A stretch of 62,442 nt of DNA, filler included, from Circinaria calcarea (lineage: Eukaryota), in the NCBI GenBank assembly GCA_051942165.1. It is 20 parts of 20 records of this genome, joined end to end, with 100 filler letters (N's around TTAATTAATTAA, not from the genome) between each part and the next. Parts side by side here need not be neighbours in the genome. Positions count along the whole stretch, not along the records: positions 12,559 to 15,594 come from JAVECS010003083.1; positions 15,695 to 18,730 come from JAVECS010003084.1; positions 18,831 to 21,865 come from JAVECS010003085.1; positions 21,966 to 24,998 come from JAVECS010003086.1; positions 25,099 to 28,130 come from JAVECS010003087.1; 15 more parts are not named here. One strand, given 5' to 3'. Of this stretch, positions 13,799 through 25,508 are shown piece after piece (position 1 is the stretch's first letter; the number at the start of each line of letters is the position of its first letter). The notes beneath the pieces were generated by a model, which was not told the origin of the DNA, searched no databases, and worked only from the letters and a program-made list of their open reading frames with translations. Made by a program: the position numbers and the translations under genes.

Positions 13799-15342
13799 AA
13801 TAGAAGATGCTAGTAGCGTTTCTTTTGTAGATATCTCGGTGAAAGATGGGGGATTTTTTCTTCGGGGAGGGGGCCTGGCAATAGTAAACATACTGTGCTC
13901 TCAAATAAATATACGTTCGGTACTTCAAACCCGTCTTTTCTCCAGCCCCCAGCATCATATTTACATGACAAACTTTTTCCTCTCTCTTTATCTCTCTCTC
14001 TCTCTGTCTCTGGAAATCACCGTCTTTGGCTGAGTGAGTGAGTGAATCTCACGTGCGGTTCAGTTTATCTTGGAAATCAGCCATCCATCTCCGGCGGCCA
14101 AGAATGAAAGGGTTGTAGAAAATCCCCCCCTTTTACTCAGTAGCTCTTTTTTCATGGCTTTCGGGCTTTTGGGCTCTTTGTTTGCCCTCGCTTCCCTTTA
14201 CCCCTGTCCTATCCTATCCTATTCCATTCCATTCCCCACTCGGTACTGAAATCCCCAAAGATCCTAAGATCCCAAAACCCCAAGATCCCAAGACCCCAAG
14301 AACTGCAGCTCCACCTACACTTACTGTACATGCACTATGTTACACCGGCCCCGCGGATTGGATGTGAAACACTGCAGCCCGTCCGTCCCAGAAACAGGCG
14401 GGTCAGCTCGGCCGAAGTTGAACGATCTGAAAAGGGGGGAGGGGGTTCCGGGAAGTGGGGTTATCTGTCCTCCTTTCCTTCTGCCATTGATTGGCGGCTT
14501 TTTTTTCGGCGAAGAAAGTTAATTGACCAGGTCGTATCTGACCCGAGACGAACCGAGAGATGCTTGGCAGTTCGGGTGGGTATCTAGCCAGAGGAGCTAT
14601 TGGTGCTTCATGGCTTGCGCGCATCTGCACCCCATCTGTACAGGGAATTGGCATGGTGGTGGAATTTTTGGGACTTCCTTCCCGTGCTTGCTGCGAGATG
14701 GTAGGGAGACCATTTCCGTGGAGCAAGAACTAGGTATTCGTCTTGTATACGACCTGTGACCCGAGCTCTAGCCGGCAAGGTAGATTAGTCCAAGCCAGAA
14801 AGGATCGAGCTAAAGGGGTGGTTCATGTACGGTAGAAGATCATGCATTACCCTTGTACCCTGTATCTCAAGCTATTTCGGCTGGACGGCCGATAGGTTGC
14901 TGAGCTTCTTTTTTCGATTCAGATCCCGGGTTCTTCACTTTACTCACCCATCTGATCACTCCCACCCCCACTACAAATTTGTCTTAAGCCTCGTCTTCCA
15001 ATCGTTCTGGAGCTTCTTCTTTCCGCTTTATCGCGTATGAGGATTTTCGTACGCTGCGTTGAAAAGTGTAATCCAAGGTAATGACACAATATTGTCCAGA
15101 GATATCCACACGCCCAGAAAGGTGGTATTCGCAGATGGGCCACACTAGCAATCGATGATGTGCGGACTATTGGGACCACTGGCTCAAGCGACCCTCATAA
15201 TCGGACAGTATGTAAAGCTATGTCATCAAATCCCACGGAGCATGGCCCGGATTCTTGGAGGTTGCTCTCTTCAGAACTTTTTTCAGACTTCGCCTTGCTT
15301 GCCAGACCTCGTCAAGTGCTCGACACTGCACGGAACAACAAG

Positions 15343-15594
15343 ATGGAGAACTCGACCTATCCGACTCTCTTGCCAACCTACACCTTGAAACCTGTACCTC
15401 CATTGCTCCCATGGATCTCGGACTTCCATCTGTCTTTGCTCCTCCCGGTCACCGCGTACTGGACCATCTCCCTGATCTACTGGTTCATCGACAAGAAGGA
15501 CTACTTCTCCCAGTACCGACTCCACACGCCTGCAGAGTTCAAACAACGAAACCGTGTCTCCGCAGGGCAAGTGTTCCGGGCCGTGGTGCTCCAG
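15343..15594 (+). CDS. Second SUR2-like sphingolipid hydroxylase, N-terminal part (3' partial)
   Basis: LPTYTLKPVPPLLPWISDFHLSLLLPVTAYW...FSQYRLHTPAEFKQRNRVS is a typical Sur2/BasA N-terminus and aligns with the start of the upstream paralog. Confidence 0.85.
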
Positions 15595-15694
15595 NNNNNN
15601 NNNNNNNNNNNNNNNNNNNNNNNNNNNNNNNNNNNNNNTTAATTAATTAANNNNNNNNNNNNNNNNNNNNNNNNNNNNNNNNNNNNNNNNNNNN

Positions 15695-16171
15695 CTTGTT
15701 CTTTGTAATTTGATCAAGTAGACCGGAAATCTGCTTCTCTCCGATATGATTCACCATCTTGTCTGTTTCAGCGGTGATGTGTGCAGTTGAAGCATTCGTG
15801 ACCGTCATACAAGGATGTTTCTCGTTACAGAGACCCTCGCCAGAGAAGTGGTTGTGGCTCTTTGCGCCAATCGCCTTGGAGGCTATTTCCGAGAACTTCT
15901 GATATTTGTCTAGAAGCTTCTTGTGATGCTCATGGTGGTGACCGGTGGGTTTCGGCCATGCTGAAGCGGCCGTACCCGTAACGTCTTGAGGGAGAACGTG
16001 GACCTCTGCAAACTTCTCTGCAGCATGCAAGTCTGCTTTCACCTTGTCTTTACCTGCAACAGCTAGGGAAGAAGGGACCAGCAGGGAAGAAGCGACGAGT
16101 GCAAACTAAGAATGTGAGCTAAGTTCTTGGTAAGTCTCGAAATGCGAATTGTAACCTACAGCGTATTTCAT
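15695..16171 (-). CDS. Predicted secreted protein of unknown function, 3' partial
   Basis: ATG AAA TAC GCT, then a GTAGGT...TAG intron, then FALVASSLLVPSSLAVA (signal-peptide-like), continuing into the 15647-16042 ORF with GHHHEHHKK. Confidence 0.6.
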
Positions 16172-17612
16172 GCTGGCGGTTCGATGGGAATCTACCAAGC
16201 AGACTCCTGATTCATATAACAATCAAGCTGCGGGACTGATATCAGTTTCTGAGATTGAGGTTATGAAGCTCAAATCCGCAGTTCTGTATTCATGAGAACA
16301 GGCAGAAAAGATCACAGTAGATCGTAACCTGGAGGGACCCGGGAGAAAATGGAAGAGATGCTGCCAGAGCTTGACACGGGAAAAGAAAGGTTGGTTCGAT
16401 ATAAGGAAGGGATAGGAATCGAAACACAACGCAATTGGGCATCACAGAGGACTTATGCGGCAAGATGTGTCCGGCGCCTGGTAGGAGCCAGAGTATACTG
16501 ACTGTGCGTGAGGTGGGCTGAGACTGATTGAGCATTGTTGGAGTTCTCCAAGCCGCTTCTCGGAGCTGAATAACAGCCATTTCAGGGCGGCGGTCCGAAG
16601 ATCCAACAGCAGTTGGACCCAAGTTCGACAACGTTCGTTGTCGAAAAACGTGTGTTGTTGGTACCAACGCTCGGCCAAGCAATGCCACTCGGGGATGCGT
16701 TTCAATTTGCTGTGCCCCAAACGATGAGGCACAATGTAGATACATTCTTCACAATTGATCCTGTCAGTAAGCTATCGATAAATAGTCCCAGAAATCTCAA
16801 GTAGACCGTATGCGAAAGGAACGGCTCCACAGGTAGCATTGTCGCGATATTGAAAACCCCGAACTTTGGCTCCGGCCCAGTTTTCAGGGGATGTCGCAAA
16901 GTGATACCATATTGTCGTCGTGGTCAGACTTTGTTCATCGCAACTTGACAACATCCAACACGTAATCGGATATGAACACGCTTCCCCCCCCCCCTTCTCG
17001 TGTGAGACTAGCAATGATACCAGACCCAATTCCCAGATCAGATTTAATCAGACCGATGTTGCTGACCACCACAGTTGCTGGCATCGGGGGGTTCTCAAAC
17101 GAGGCGAGAGAAGGGATGGAGGCACGATCTTCTCTAGGGGCTCCTCCCTCCTCTACCCACAGTGCCCTTTGCTTGACCTGAGGATGGGAGACACAGTCGA
17201 GCCCGATTATCGCATAAGTACCTGGTACGATATGGCATTGTAATACTATCGACATCACTTTTTACCTTTGTGCCTTTCCGAGTTCCAAGCACAGTAGAAT
17301 AGTAAAAATCGAACTTCTACACCCAATCCATGATTTTTTCGTAGACCGCAATGGGCAGCCCCCGAAGTCTGGTAGAAATACGAATTTGGAATTTTTTTTC
17401 GAAACAGTCTATATCTAAGTAATTCTGCACTATGCGCGAACATCTATTGGGCCGTTGTACCGCACTTAACGCCTTTCCCCCCCCCCCCAAAACGCCGCAA
17501 AAGTCCGACTTGCTAGGTAGCCAGCCTTTTTACTCGATCCCAATCCATTACCTGTTGTAGTGAAGTGGTGAAATTGATAGCGTCCAAGAATGGCGCATGG
17601 ACGGTTTTTCGA

Positions 17613-18730
17613 TCAATATCGTTCAGCGCCTGGCGAAGGACGGTTGTTCCATGGGTCCGAGAAGTTCATCGATGTGTTCATCGACGTGTTCATCTGCTTC
17701 ATCGGGGAAGCATTGTTGTTGTTCGGCGGAGCTAGCGGGGGAGGCACCAGCGAAACACGGGAATACCCAGCAGTGGGCTGGTCGGCATCGGCCACCTTGA
17801 CGGCTGGTTGTCTGAATCCAGCTTTCTTGTATCCACCGCCTATGGTGGCATATTCGTGCGGCAGATGGGTACCGGGGTGCGTAAGGTTGAAGGCAATAGC
17901 CACGACTAGACATGCGATTAGCGACTAGACGGTGCAAATTGGTTTAGTAGGAGAGCAAACTTGACTTACGCAGTATTAGTAGGAAATCGAACATATAGAA
18001 AGCCCATTCGTGTGATCTGAGGTAGTTGTTTCCTCTCTTTAGTGTGAACTCAAGGCACCGATATAAAGAACGTCCCTGGGATAGTCAGCAACAAGGACCA
18101 GAACTCGAGCGTTTCAGGGGCCAACTGACAGTTATGAGCATAGATGAGCCAGTGACCGTCCATGCCAACCTTTTCCAACTCGAACTTCCACCCTCAGGCC
18201 AATCGTACCTCCAGTTCCTACTGGCAAATATGAAGCGTGTGCTCGTCAATGTGAAGATCGCGAAGCCGATTGTCTGCATGATGAATCCAACTCGCAAGAT
18301 GTCATAGGTCGTAGTGAGTACTTTGGCTTGCCGGTCGACGGTCAAATTTTTCTTGTACAAGTTCGCAATCAAGTAGAATATGCCAACGCATTGTATAAAG
18401 AAGGAGAGGCAATCCCAGAATATGAAGAATATTGCAACGAAACGGGTCGGTACCCATGTATGCCGAAATCCTCGATGAGACTCAGGAGTTACCCAGTAGA
18501 TGATGCGTCCGAAAGTCATATAGCACCCTGCAGCGAGTAACGAGGGTGCGAGTCTAACAAACACGAGTCAGCCGTGACGTGATAGGCGACAGATTGGATT
18601 GACCACGAACGTGCTAAACAAATAGGTCATTGATGTTGCAGCATGATTAGACGGATTCCTAATGGCAACGACCCGCGTCCAGTAGCCAGCTACTTCCACT
18701 ACAGACGAAGTCAGCAAGCGGCTTCCGGAT
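17613..18730 (-). CDS. RTA1-like (lipid-translocating exporter family) membrane protein, 5' partial
   Basis: Motifs EVAGYWTR, LAPSLLAAGCYMTFGRI, FIFWDCLSFFIQCVG, RSLYRCLEF, HEWAFYMFD and HPG. Several short GT-AG introns. Confidence 0.88.
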
Positions 18731-18830
18731 NNNNNNNNNNNNNNNNNNNNNNNNNNNNNNNNNNNNNNNNNNNNTTAATTAATTAANNNNNNNNNNNNNN
18801 NNNNNNNNNNNNNNNNNNNNNNNNNNNNNN

Positions 18831-20700
18831 GGGTGGGGTATTGAGAACACTACATATTGTTCTCGGCCTAATTTTTTCTGGCGAAGAAGGAACCCTTTTT
18901 CCTTGCGGCATCACGTATTAGCCCGTTGAAAGCAACGTAGCGAAACCGTGGGTGCTGGGCAAACCGGCCATCTTCATACCGCATTAGATATTGAATATAT
19001 TCCTCGTATCAAATAGTTTATTGCCGGGGGACCTTGAAATCCGCCTGCCTATACAGGAAAAGCGTAAGAAACATCATACGTAATATAGGAACATCGTCTC
19101 ATTCCGATATAGGAGTGGAGCGGAAATCCGGTGCTATTAACGGTTGCGGTGCGAGATCCTGCCTTATACGTGCTGCCTCGGAATGCCTAATAGCAAAATT
19201 CGGCATAATACCGGTCGTTTTAAAGTCTTACTCGGGTTGATTATGGATCGCGGTGATTATATCATTAATATTATTAATTTGGTCTTGATCGACGGCCTCA
19301 AACTGTTTCTTGATTTTCGGTATAAATTATCGAACACTACTATTCTCCGGTAGCCTGTTTAAAGCTTCATCATCGATAGTAATATTCTGATAATCCGGGT
19401 GATTCTGGCGTAGAAATCGTAGCCATGCCAGAATCGCTGAACGCCGAACCCGAAAGTCTCTTTCAAATTGGTGTTCGAGCAACGGCTGCTCCCCCTCGGC
19501 AGTATTTCTAAAAGAAGGATGTAGAAGCATAATATTAAGGTTGGCAGGCAGTAAGGGCAGGCGATCGTATAATTTTATGGTATTTTACATGAAATTAACT
19601 GTATATCCGGAATACTTATATTGATGCCCACATACACGCCGAACCTGAATATATACGTGAGCTCTGGCAATTAACATTTCTTCCGTCTGCGTTAGAATAG
19701 GCAAATGAGCGAGAACAATACCCATTTTCATATTATTTTCTCTAGAAATCAGCTTGACACAATGCTCGGCTCGAGTATCATATTAATTTTTATTTTTATC
19801 TCTGTCTCTACATCAATGACAGACGCCATCAGTATTCAATTTCATATCGAACCATCATTTATGACAGCGAGAACAACCCTTCAGTTCCAATTGGTCCATA
19901 TTATGGCGGAAATTCTCGGCAAGAATCCAGTTTACTGCGGGTACGGCTGGGGCAGAAGGGTCTGGATCCCCCAATTGCTGGGCCTCGGCGACAGCTTCAT
20001 CCAACTGTTCGTTGGCATCATTCAGCATTTGCTCGGCTTGAATAGCTGCAACCCGTGCACGATATCGTTGAGAAACACTTTCTTGATCACAGCATATATT
20101 ACACGTTGCATATTCTTTACCGTTCACCATGAACAAATGCCTAGGACAGGTATAACCGCCTTTTAAACAATATTTTATTTTTCTTCCTCGTTACCATTAT
20201 CAACAAAGCAGTACACGCATATATTGGGTTCGCCAGCATGCCTAATTAAATTATTCAAACTACGCCGAACGCTGCACAAAGAGCAAACGAAGTAATGTCG
20301 AATACCCCGGGGTGACTGCACCACAGAAAGAGGATTTATAAAAAGAATACGCCGCAATTGTTTCGGCGTTCTGCCAGATCGAGGCGAGGAAGGCGAAAAA
20401 GAATGAGAGGTAGGATTAGGCTGGCGAGTAGGCCTTGTTGGAGTGGTAGGCTGCCGTGGTGGGTTAGGAAGTGGGTTAGGCGGTAGGTTGGTTTCTTGAG
20501 AGGATGATTGTGAAGGTGTTTGGCCACGTTTTATCTGCATAGCTTTTCTTCGATTCTTTCGTTCTGCTGCCTCTTTGGCTCTGCGTTCCTCTTTCTGCTC
20601 TGGTGTTTCTTGACTGTCTCTCTTCAGGCGGACCTGTTTACGGCGGGCAGCCACAGCATCAGGACGTGCCTTACGACCAGCCATAGCTATTAAAGCGAGT
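18831..20700 (-). mobile_element. Degraded Helitron-type Rep/helicase gene (N-terminal, DUF6570-like and Helitron helicase-like N regions)
   Basis: Minus-strand translation gives LPILTQTEEMLIARAHVYIQVRRVCGHQYKYSG..NFM*N..LPLLP, FRVRRSAILAWLRFLRQNHPDY and LMRYEDGRFAQHPRFRYVAFN. In-frame stops and TpA enrichment are consistent with RIP. Confidence 0.8.
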
Positions 20701-20967
20701 AAGTCATTAATAGATATATTAGAATCTAAACCCAGACATATCTTCAATTCCTTACATATAAATTGTGTGTAATACAGCGGAGAAAAGTCTAAATTAAAAT
20801 ATTTACATATCGCCGTCCAAAATTTTACTTAAGCTGCGTCGGAATAAAATTAATCCAGGATTATTTTATCGCCAATTCGACCAATAAAAAGCCAGGGAGA
20901 GGTCGGACATTTACGCTAGCTACTTTTTCAGCAGCCAAGCCACTAATTCATTTTTCAGTCTTGATAA

Positions 20968-21350
20968 TTATTCCCACTCGCAAGCTCGCGGAATAACTCC
21001 AAATCGGGTGACGACATCCTCCCATAGGAACTGTGCAACTGCTGCCGAGGTTGCATTCTTTATAGCTCTTGCTTCCACCCAGTCAAACAGGTCCTCTCTC
21101 ACTAACTGCGAGATATCCAAAGTCTCCACTTCTCGGCATTTTAACGACGTCAGCAGCAATCTTCTCGAACAGGACTCTGGTACCGTAGGATATATCGTAT
21201 CCTTATGCTGAACATGTTCTCTTCGCTGACAGATATCGCAAATCGATACGTGAGCCTTCACATCTTTATACAGGCCGTCCCACCAGTACACTGTGGCAAC
21301 GCGATGGTACGTCGATTCGATTCCTTTATGGCCTAGCAAATCATATTGTG
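20968..21350 (-). mobile_element. Ty3/Gypsy LTR-retrotransposon integrase fragment (zinc-binding region + start of rve core)
   Basis: GHKGIESTYHRVATVYWWDGLYKDVKAHVSICDICQRR and REDLFDWVEARAIKNATSAAVAQFLWEDVVTRFG. Confidence 0.85.
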
Positions 21351-21448
21351 TCAAACCTTTTGGGTTAGATCCTCGGGAGCACATTATTCCGCCCCGGCAC
21401 ACATAGATAGATCACACGCAGCATAGCAGACCATACACATACTGTAGT

Positions 21449-21865
21449 AGGGCTTCCTCCGCCTGATGCTGGAGCTTAGGGTGATCTTCTTGCAAGACGC
21501 AGCTGTTTTACAAAGAAGCTACCCTGAGCATCCAATCTTCCAGCATGCTCTCTTCGTTCTTCCGTCTTGGAGGCCGTTTGCCGATGCCGTGCTGGCTGCG
21601 GAAGCCGTAGTGGAGGAGCCAATAGATATCCAGCTCCGCAACAGCATACCTGTCGTTGCGGATAAGCTGGCTACTGTTGAGCATGCTCTGGGGGGTCAGA
21701 TTGCGCACTGGGGCAGGACCATCAATGCGCAGGTTGCCTGTATGAATACCACACTCGAAGATATGGTTTCTGGGCGCCTGCAGTTGAGGTTCGTTCCTGC
21801 TAACACTCCTTTAGAGCCGGCAACCATTGACCCCCGTCCGCTTGCGGCTTCCACGACAGCCACCC
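21449..21865 (+). mobile_element. Crypton (Ndc10-II-like tyrosine recombinase) transposon fragment
   Basis: GFLRLMLELRVIFLQDAAVLQRSYPEHPIFQHALF matches the C-terminal end of the NDC10_II domain seen in fungal Crypton/GCR1-type proteins. Confidence 0.7.
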
Positions 21866-21965
21866 NNNNNNNNNNNNNNNNNNNNNNNNNNNNNNNNNNN
21901 NNNNNNNNNTTAATTAATTAANNNNNNNNNNNNNNNNNNNNNNNNNNNNNNNNNNNNNNNNNNNN

Positions 21966-23079
21966 AATAAAAGCCATCGTGGCCGGTGCTGGAACAGGGG
22001 GCACTATCACTGGTCTAGCACGTGGCCTGCGGAAACACAACCCTGATATCATGGTCATCGCGGCCGACCCTTACGGCTCCATCCTAGCATTGCCTGAGTC
22101 TCTAAACCAGACCCATGCAAATGAGGCCTATAAGGTCGAGGGCATAGGGTATGACTTTGTACCCAACGTACTTGATCAACGGAGTGTCGATCGCTGGTAT
22201 AAAACCGATGACCGAGAGGCGTTTGCATACGCTCGAAGGCTAATATCAGAGGAAGGTCTCCTAGTTGGCGGTAGTAGCGGAAGCGCGGTAGCAGCGATGG
22301 TCAGGGGTGTCCGTGATTTAGAGCTAGGAAGGGGTGATACAGTGGTTGTAGTTCTCCCAGATAGTATAAGAAGTTACTTAAGCAAGGTCTGTTCGTACAA
22401 TCTCAATCGCAGCGTTCAATTACTGAGGTCTATTCAGTTCGTCGACGATGACTGGCTTGCGGCCAACGACCTCCTGCCGTTAACACCACCGACCACCAAC
22501 CCATCATCTCCAGACCTCAAAGCCGTGAGTTTCTCGGAAGACGCATTCAGCGCCGCCACTATCCAAACCTTGCGGCTCAAACCAGTCGTCACCGTCCTCT
22601 CCGACTCAACTTGCGCCGACGCCATCGAAACCATGCGCGAAAAAGGCTTCGACCAGCTTCCCGTACTTGCACCCACAGGACAAAAGCTCGTCGGCCTAGT
22701 GACCCTAGGAAACATGTTGAGCTGGATTGGTCAAGGTCGCGCCACCGCACAAAGCCTTATATCAGAGGTGATGTTCAGTTTCTCGAAGATCTCCGAAGTA
22801 GTCACAAATCCTAGAGACGTCGGTCAGATAGCGCCAGCGAAGGGCAGTCAATCCGCCATGACGAACGGGGAGACGGATTCGCAAGGACTGCCGCACAGAA
22901 GGAAGTTTGTCGAGATTACGCTGGACACGCCACTGAAAGCCCTAAGTCGATTTTTCGAGTGGAACAGTGCTGCGATAGTGACGGAAAAGGATGGGAAGGG
23001 AAACATGCGGCCAGTAGCGGTGGTGACCAAAGTTGATCTGCTGGCGTGGCTGGTGAAGCAGAAGAGTGTCTCTTCCTAG
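21966..23079 (+). CDS. CYS4: Cystathionine beta-synthase, 5' partial
   Basis: Motifs AGAGTGGTITG, YKVEGIGYDFVP, EEGLLVGGSSG and LPDSIRSYLSKF, plus C-terminal CBS domains (MREKGFDQLPV). In-frame 51-nt intron at 22387-22437. Confidence 0.96.
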
Positions 23080-24154
23080 TATCGTGGTGATTTGTGAAAG
23101 AAGGTTTTTAGCTCAAGCTACAATGTTGGCGTACGGCAATAGAAACCTTCCGGCATGTATATTAACCCTTAGAGAAGGCTCTGAGTTCAATACCAAAGTG
23201 ACTAGATTTGTGAACCTTCCAAGCATTTAGGACAATGGCATATGTAACAAGCTACTATGTAAGGAAGCTGTCACAGTCAGATCAAGCCTATATTTGTGAG
23301 TTACGAAGAGTAGGCTAGATACATTGATGTAATGTATAGACTCATTCTTTATTCCGAGAGCTTCTAAAGGATGCAACAACGTCACATACTCCCGCTGTAC
23401 AATCAAGTCAAGCCTAGGTGTGATGCTGAGATCTCGATGCATTGTTCACATATTTTAGTTGATGGATGGTGGCAGCGGTTTTTCTCCTGCATCATGGTAG
23501 CTGACATCAGCATGCACCAGAGGGTGATTATCAGCGCCCAAGTTCACATACGGTCATACCGCCGACACCTTAGTTCGCCCTCCTGCCTCGTATACTTTCT
23601 TTTCCGTCATGCTTGCTGCAGAATGCGGCTGATCACACAAATTACATTTCTGAAAAACAATGGTTGCGTGAACAAGTCCATGGGCATCTCATACCCTTGA
23701 ATCATGCATAGAAGCTTCACCGGAGAGAGGTTGAGTATCTCGGGTATGCTGCCCTCAAATAGTGAACGGAAATGGCACAGGGTACTGAACAGCCGCATGC
23801 TGAGAGAGCTCGATGTAGCTAGAAAACTTGGGAGCTCATTGCTTGCTCAAACAGCACGCACTGGCCGTTCTCTGAACCTAAAGATGAACAGCTTGGCCTC
23901 GGCGAATCCTGGAAAAGCCAAAACGGTATCTTACATTGGCAGTGTAGCTCTGGAATGACTGACGATAGCATGGGAAGGTCATCCTGCTTGTGCTGTTGAT
24001 CTTGTTCATTGCCACAATCTGATAGGGCAAGCCCTCGATCAACAGAAAGGGGCCTCTGATCTCGACCCGTACATTCTTCCCACGGCAACTTCACATACGC
24101 ATGTTAGTCTGTTATCACTGATAGCTATCGAGCAGTTCATTTTCGGTGCTGTGC

Positions 24155-24998
24155 TCAGAGGTTGCTGCCGATCCACTCCCACCACCCTGCGACAACGGGC
24201 AGATCTGACCCCTGTACGTTACCACCCACAACGGCTATTGGAACACCTACTTCTTCCATCTGGGAGAATTCAAAGGGACCATCTCCGCCATCACTTAGCC
24301 ACTCTCTTTCTTCATCTGCTTCAGCACCGTTCAATCCCATTCCCGAGTCCAAAAGACCTTTCGTGCGAGAACTCCGAATTTTCGTTACTTCCAATTCAAG
24401 TGCGCTCTTAACTATTGAAGCTGGTAGGGCTGTGAATAAGTCGAGCTTGTTTGCAGCAATGAGAACAGGAGTTCCTTTGAGAGGTTTAGATGTTTTCGAG
24501 GTGGTCGACCGCTTCTGCAATTGGAGGAGCGTGTCGTGAAGATACTCCGCTGCCTCTCTCAAGCCTTCCCCACCATCGCCGCCACTGCCTGTAGAGAGAC
24601 TTGCTGCATCTACCATGAATATGATGCCTTTCATGTTCTGGGGCCGTGTCATATTTTCGAGGGCATGATACCGCAGTTTTCCATGCCCAGGAGTATCGAT
24701 CAGTAGGAAGCGTTTGTGCACCTGTAACAATGGATCATTGATAGATCTGTACTTTGATGATGTCGTGTTTGTCGAGACTGGCAGGGAAACTTCAACAGCA
24801 AGGGGCGATTGAGACGTGTGAGTGGCAGCCGAGTGACCACGTTCCAACTTGAAACCTCAGCGACCTTCATGAAGGACCTCTAGACGCATATTTACATACT
24901 AGGGTCAAGAGCGAAGTTTTCCCCGAGCCGCTTGGCCCGACCAGAAGGAATGAAGGTAGAGATGTCGTTGACGTCGAGCGATAGATGAGAAGGTGGAG
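24155..24998 (-). CDS. SRP102: Signal recognition particle receptor beta subunit, 5' partial
   Basis: P-loop LVGPSGSGKTSLL, LIDTPGHGKLR, LIAANKLDLFTA and ALELEVTKIR. One intron at about 24848-24899. Confidence 0.9.
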
Positions 24999-25508
24999 NN
25001 NNNNNNNNNNNNNNNNNNNNNNNNNNNNNNNNNNNNNNNNNNTTAATTAATTAANNNNNNNNNNNNNNNNNNNNNNNNNNNNNNNNNNNNNNNNNNNNTG
25101 GAGATTGCGATGGCGTGCGAAATGGGGACGACGCGGTTGAGTGCGGGGACGTTGGGGATGGTGCAGGAGAGCGGGGAGATTTTGACAAGGGAGATAGATG
25201 AGCTAGCGTCGAGTGGGGGCTGTTATATTGAGGGCGGGGAGGTGAAGAGGGATGAAGCGTGGTTGGCGAGGAGGGATGCCTATTATGCAAAGAAAGCGGA
25301 GGAAAGAAGGGTGTCCGGTGACGGGGGGCCCGGGGCAGGATGAGCACGAGGGCTCTGAAGCGTTGATTACTAACCACATCCCAGCTCCTTAAGGGTACAT
25401 TTGGGTAAAACCTCACTATGAAACGCGTAGCTCTCAAGTCCTTACGTATGGTGAAAAAGCACCGAGCGAGATTGGGCCAAGACTAACTAAATTCCTTTAG
25501 GAGTATGC

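Noticed and set aside
13981..14045. (CT)n and (GAGT)n tracts; also (CCCTCT)n near 29190 and (CTAY)n near 36255
   Set aside because: Ordinary microsatellites.
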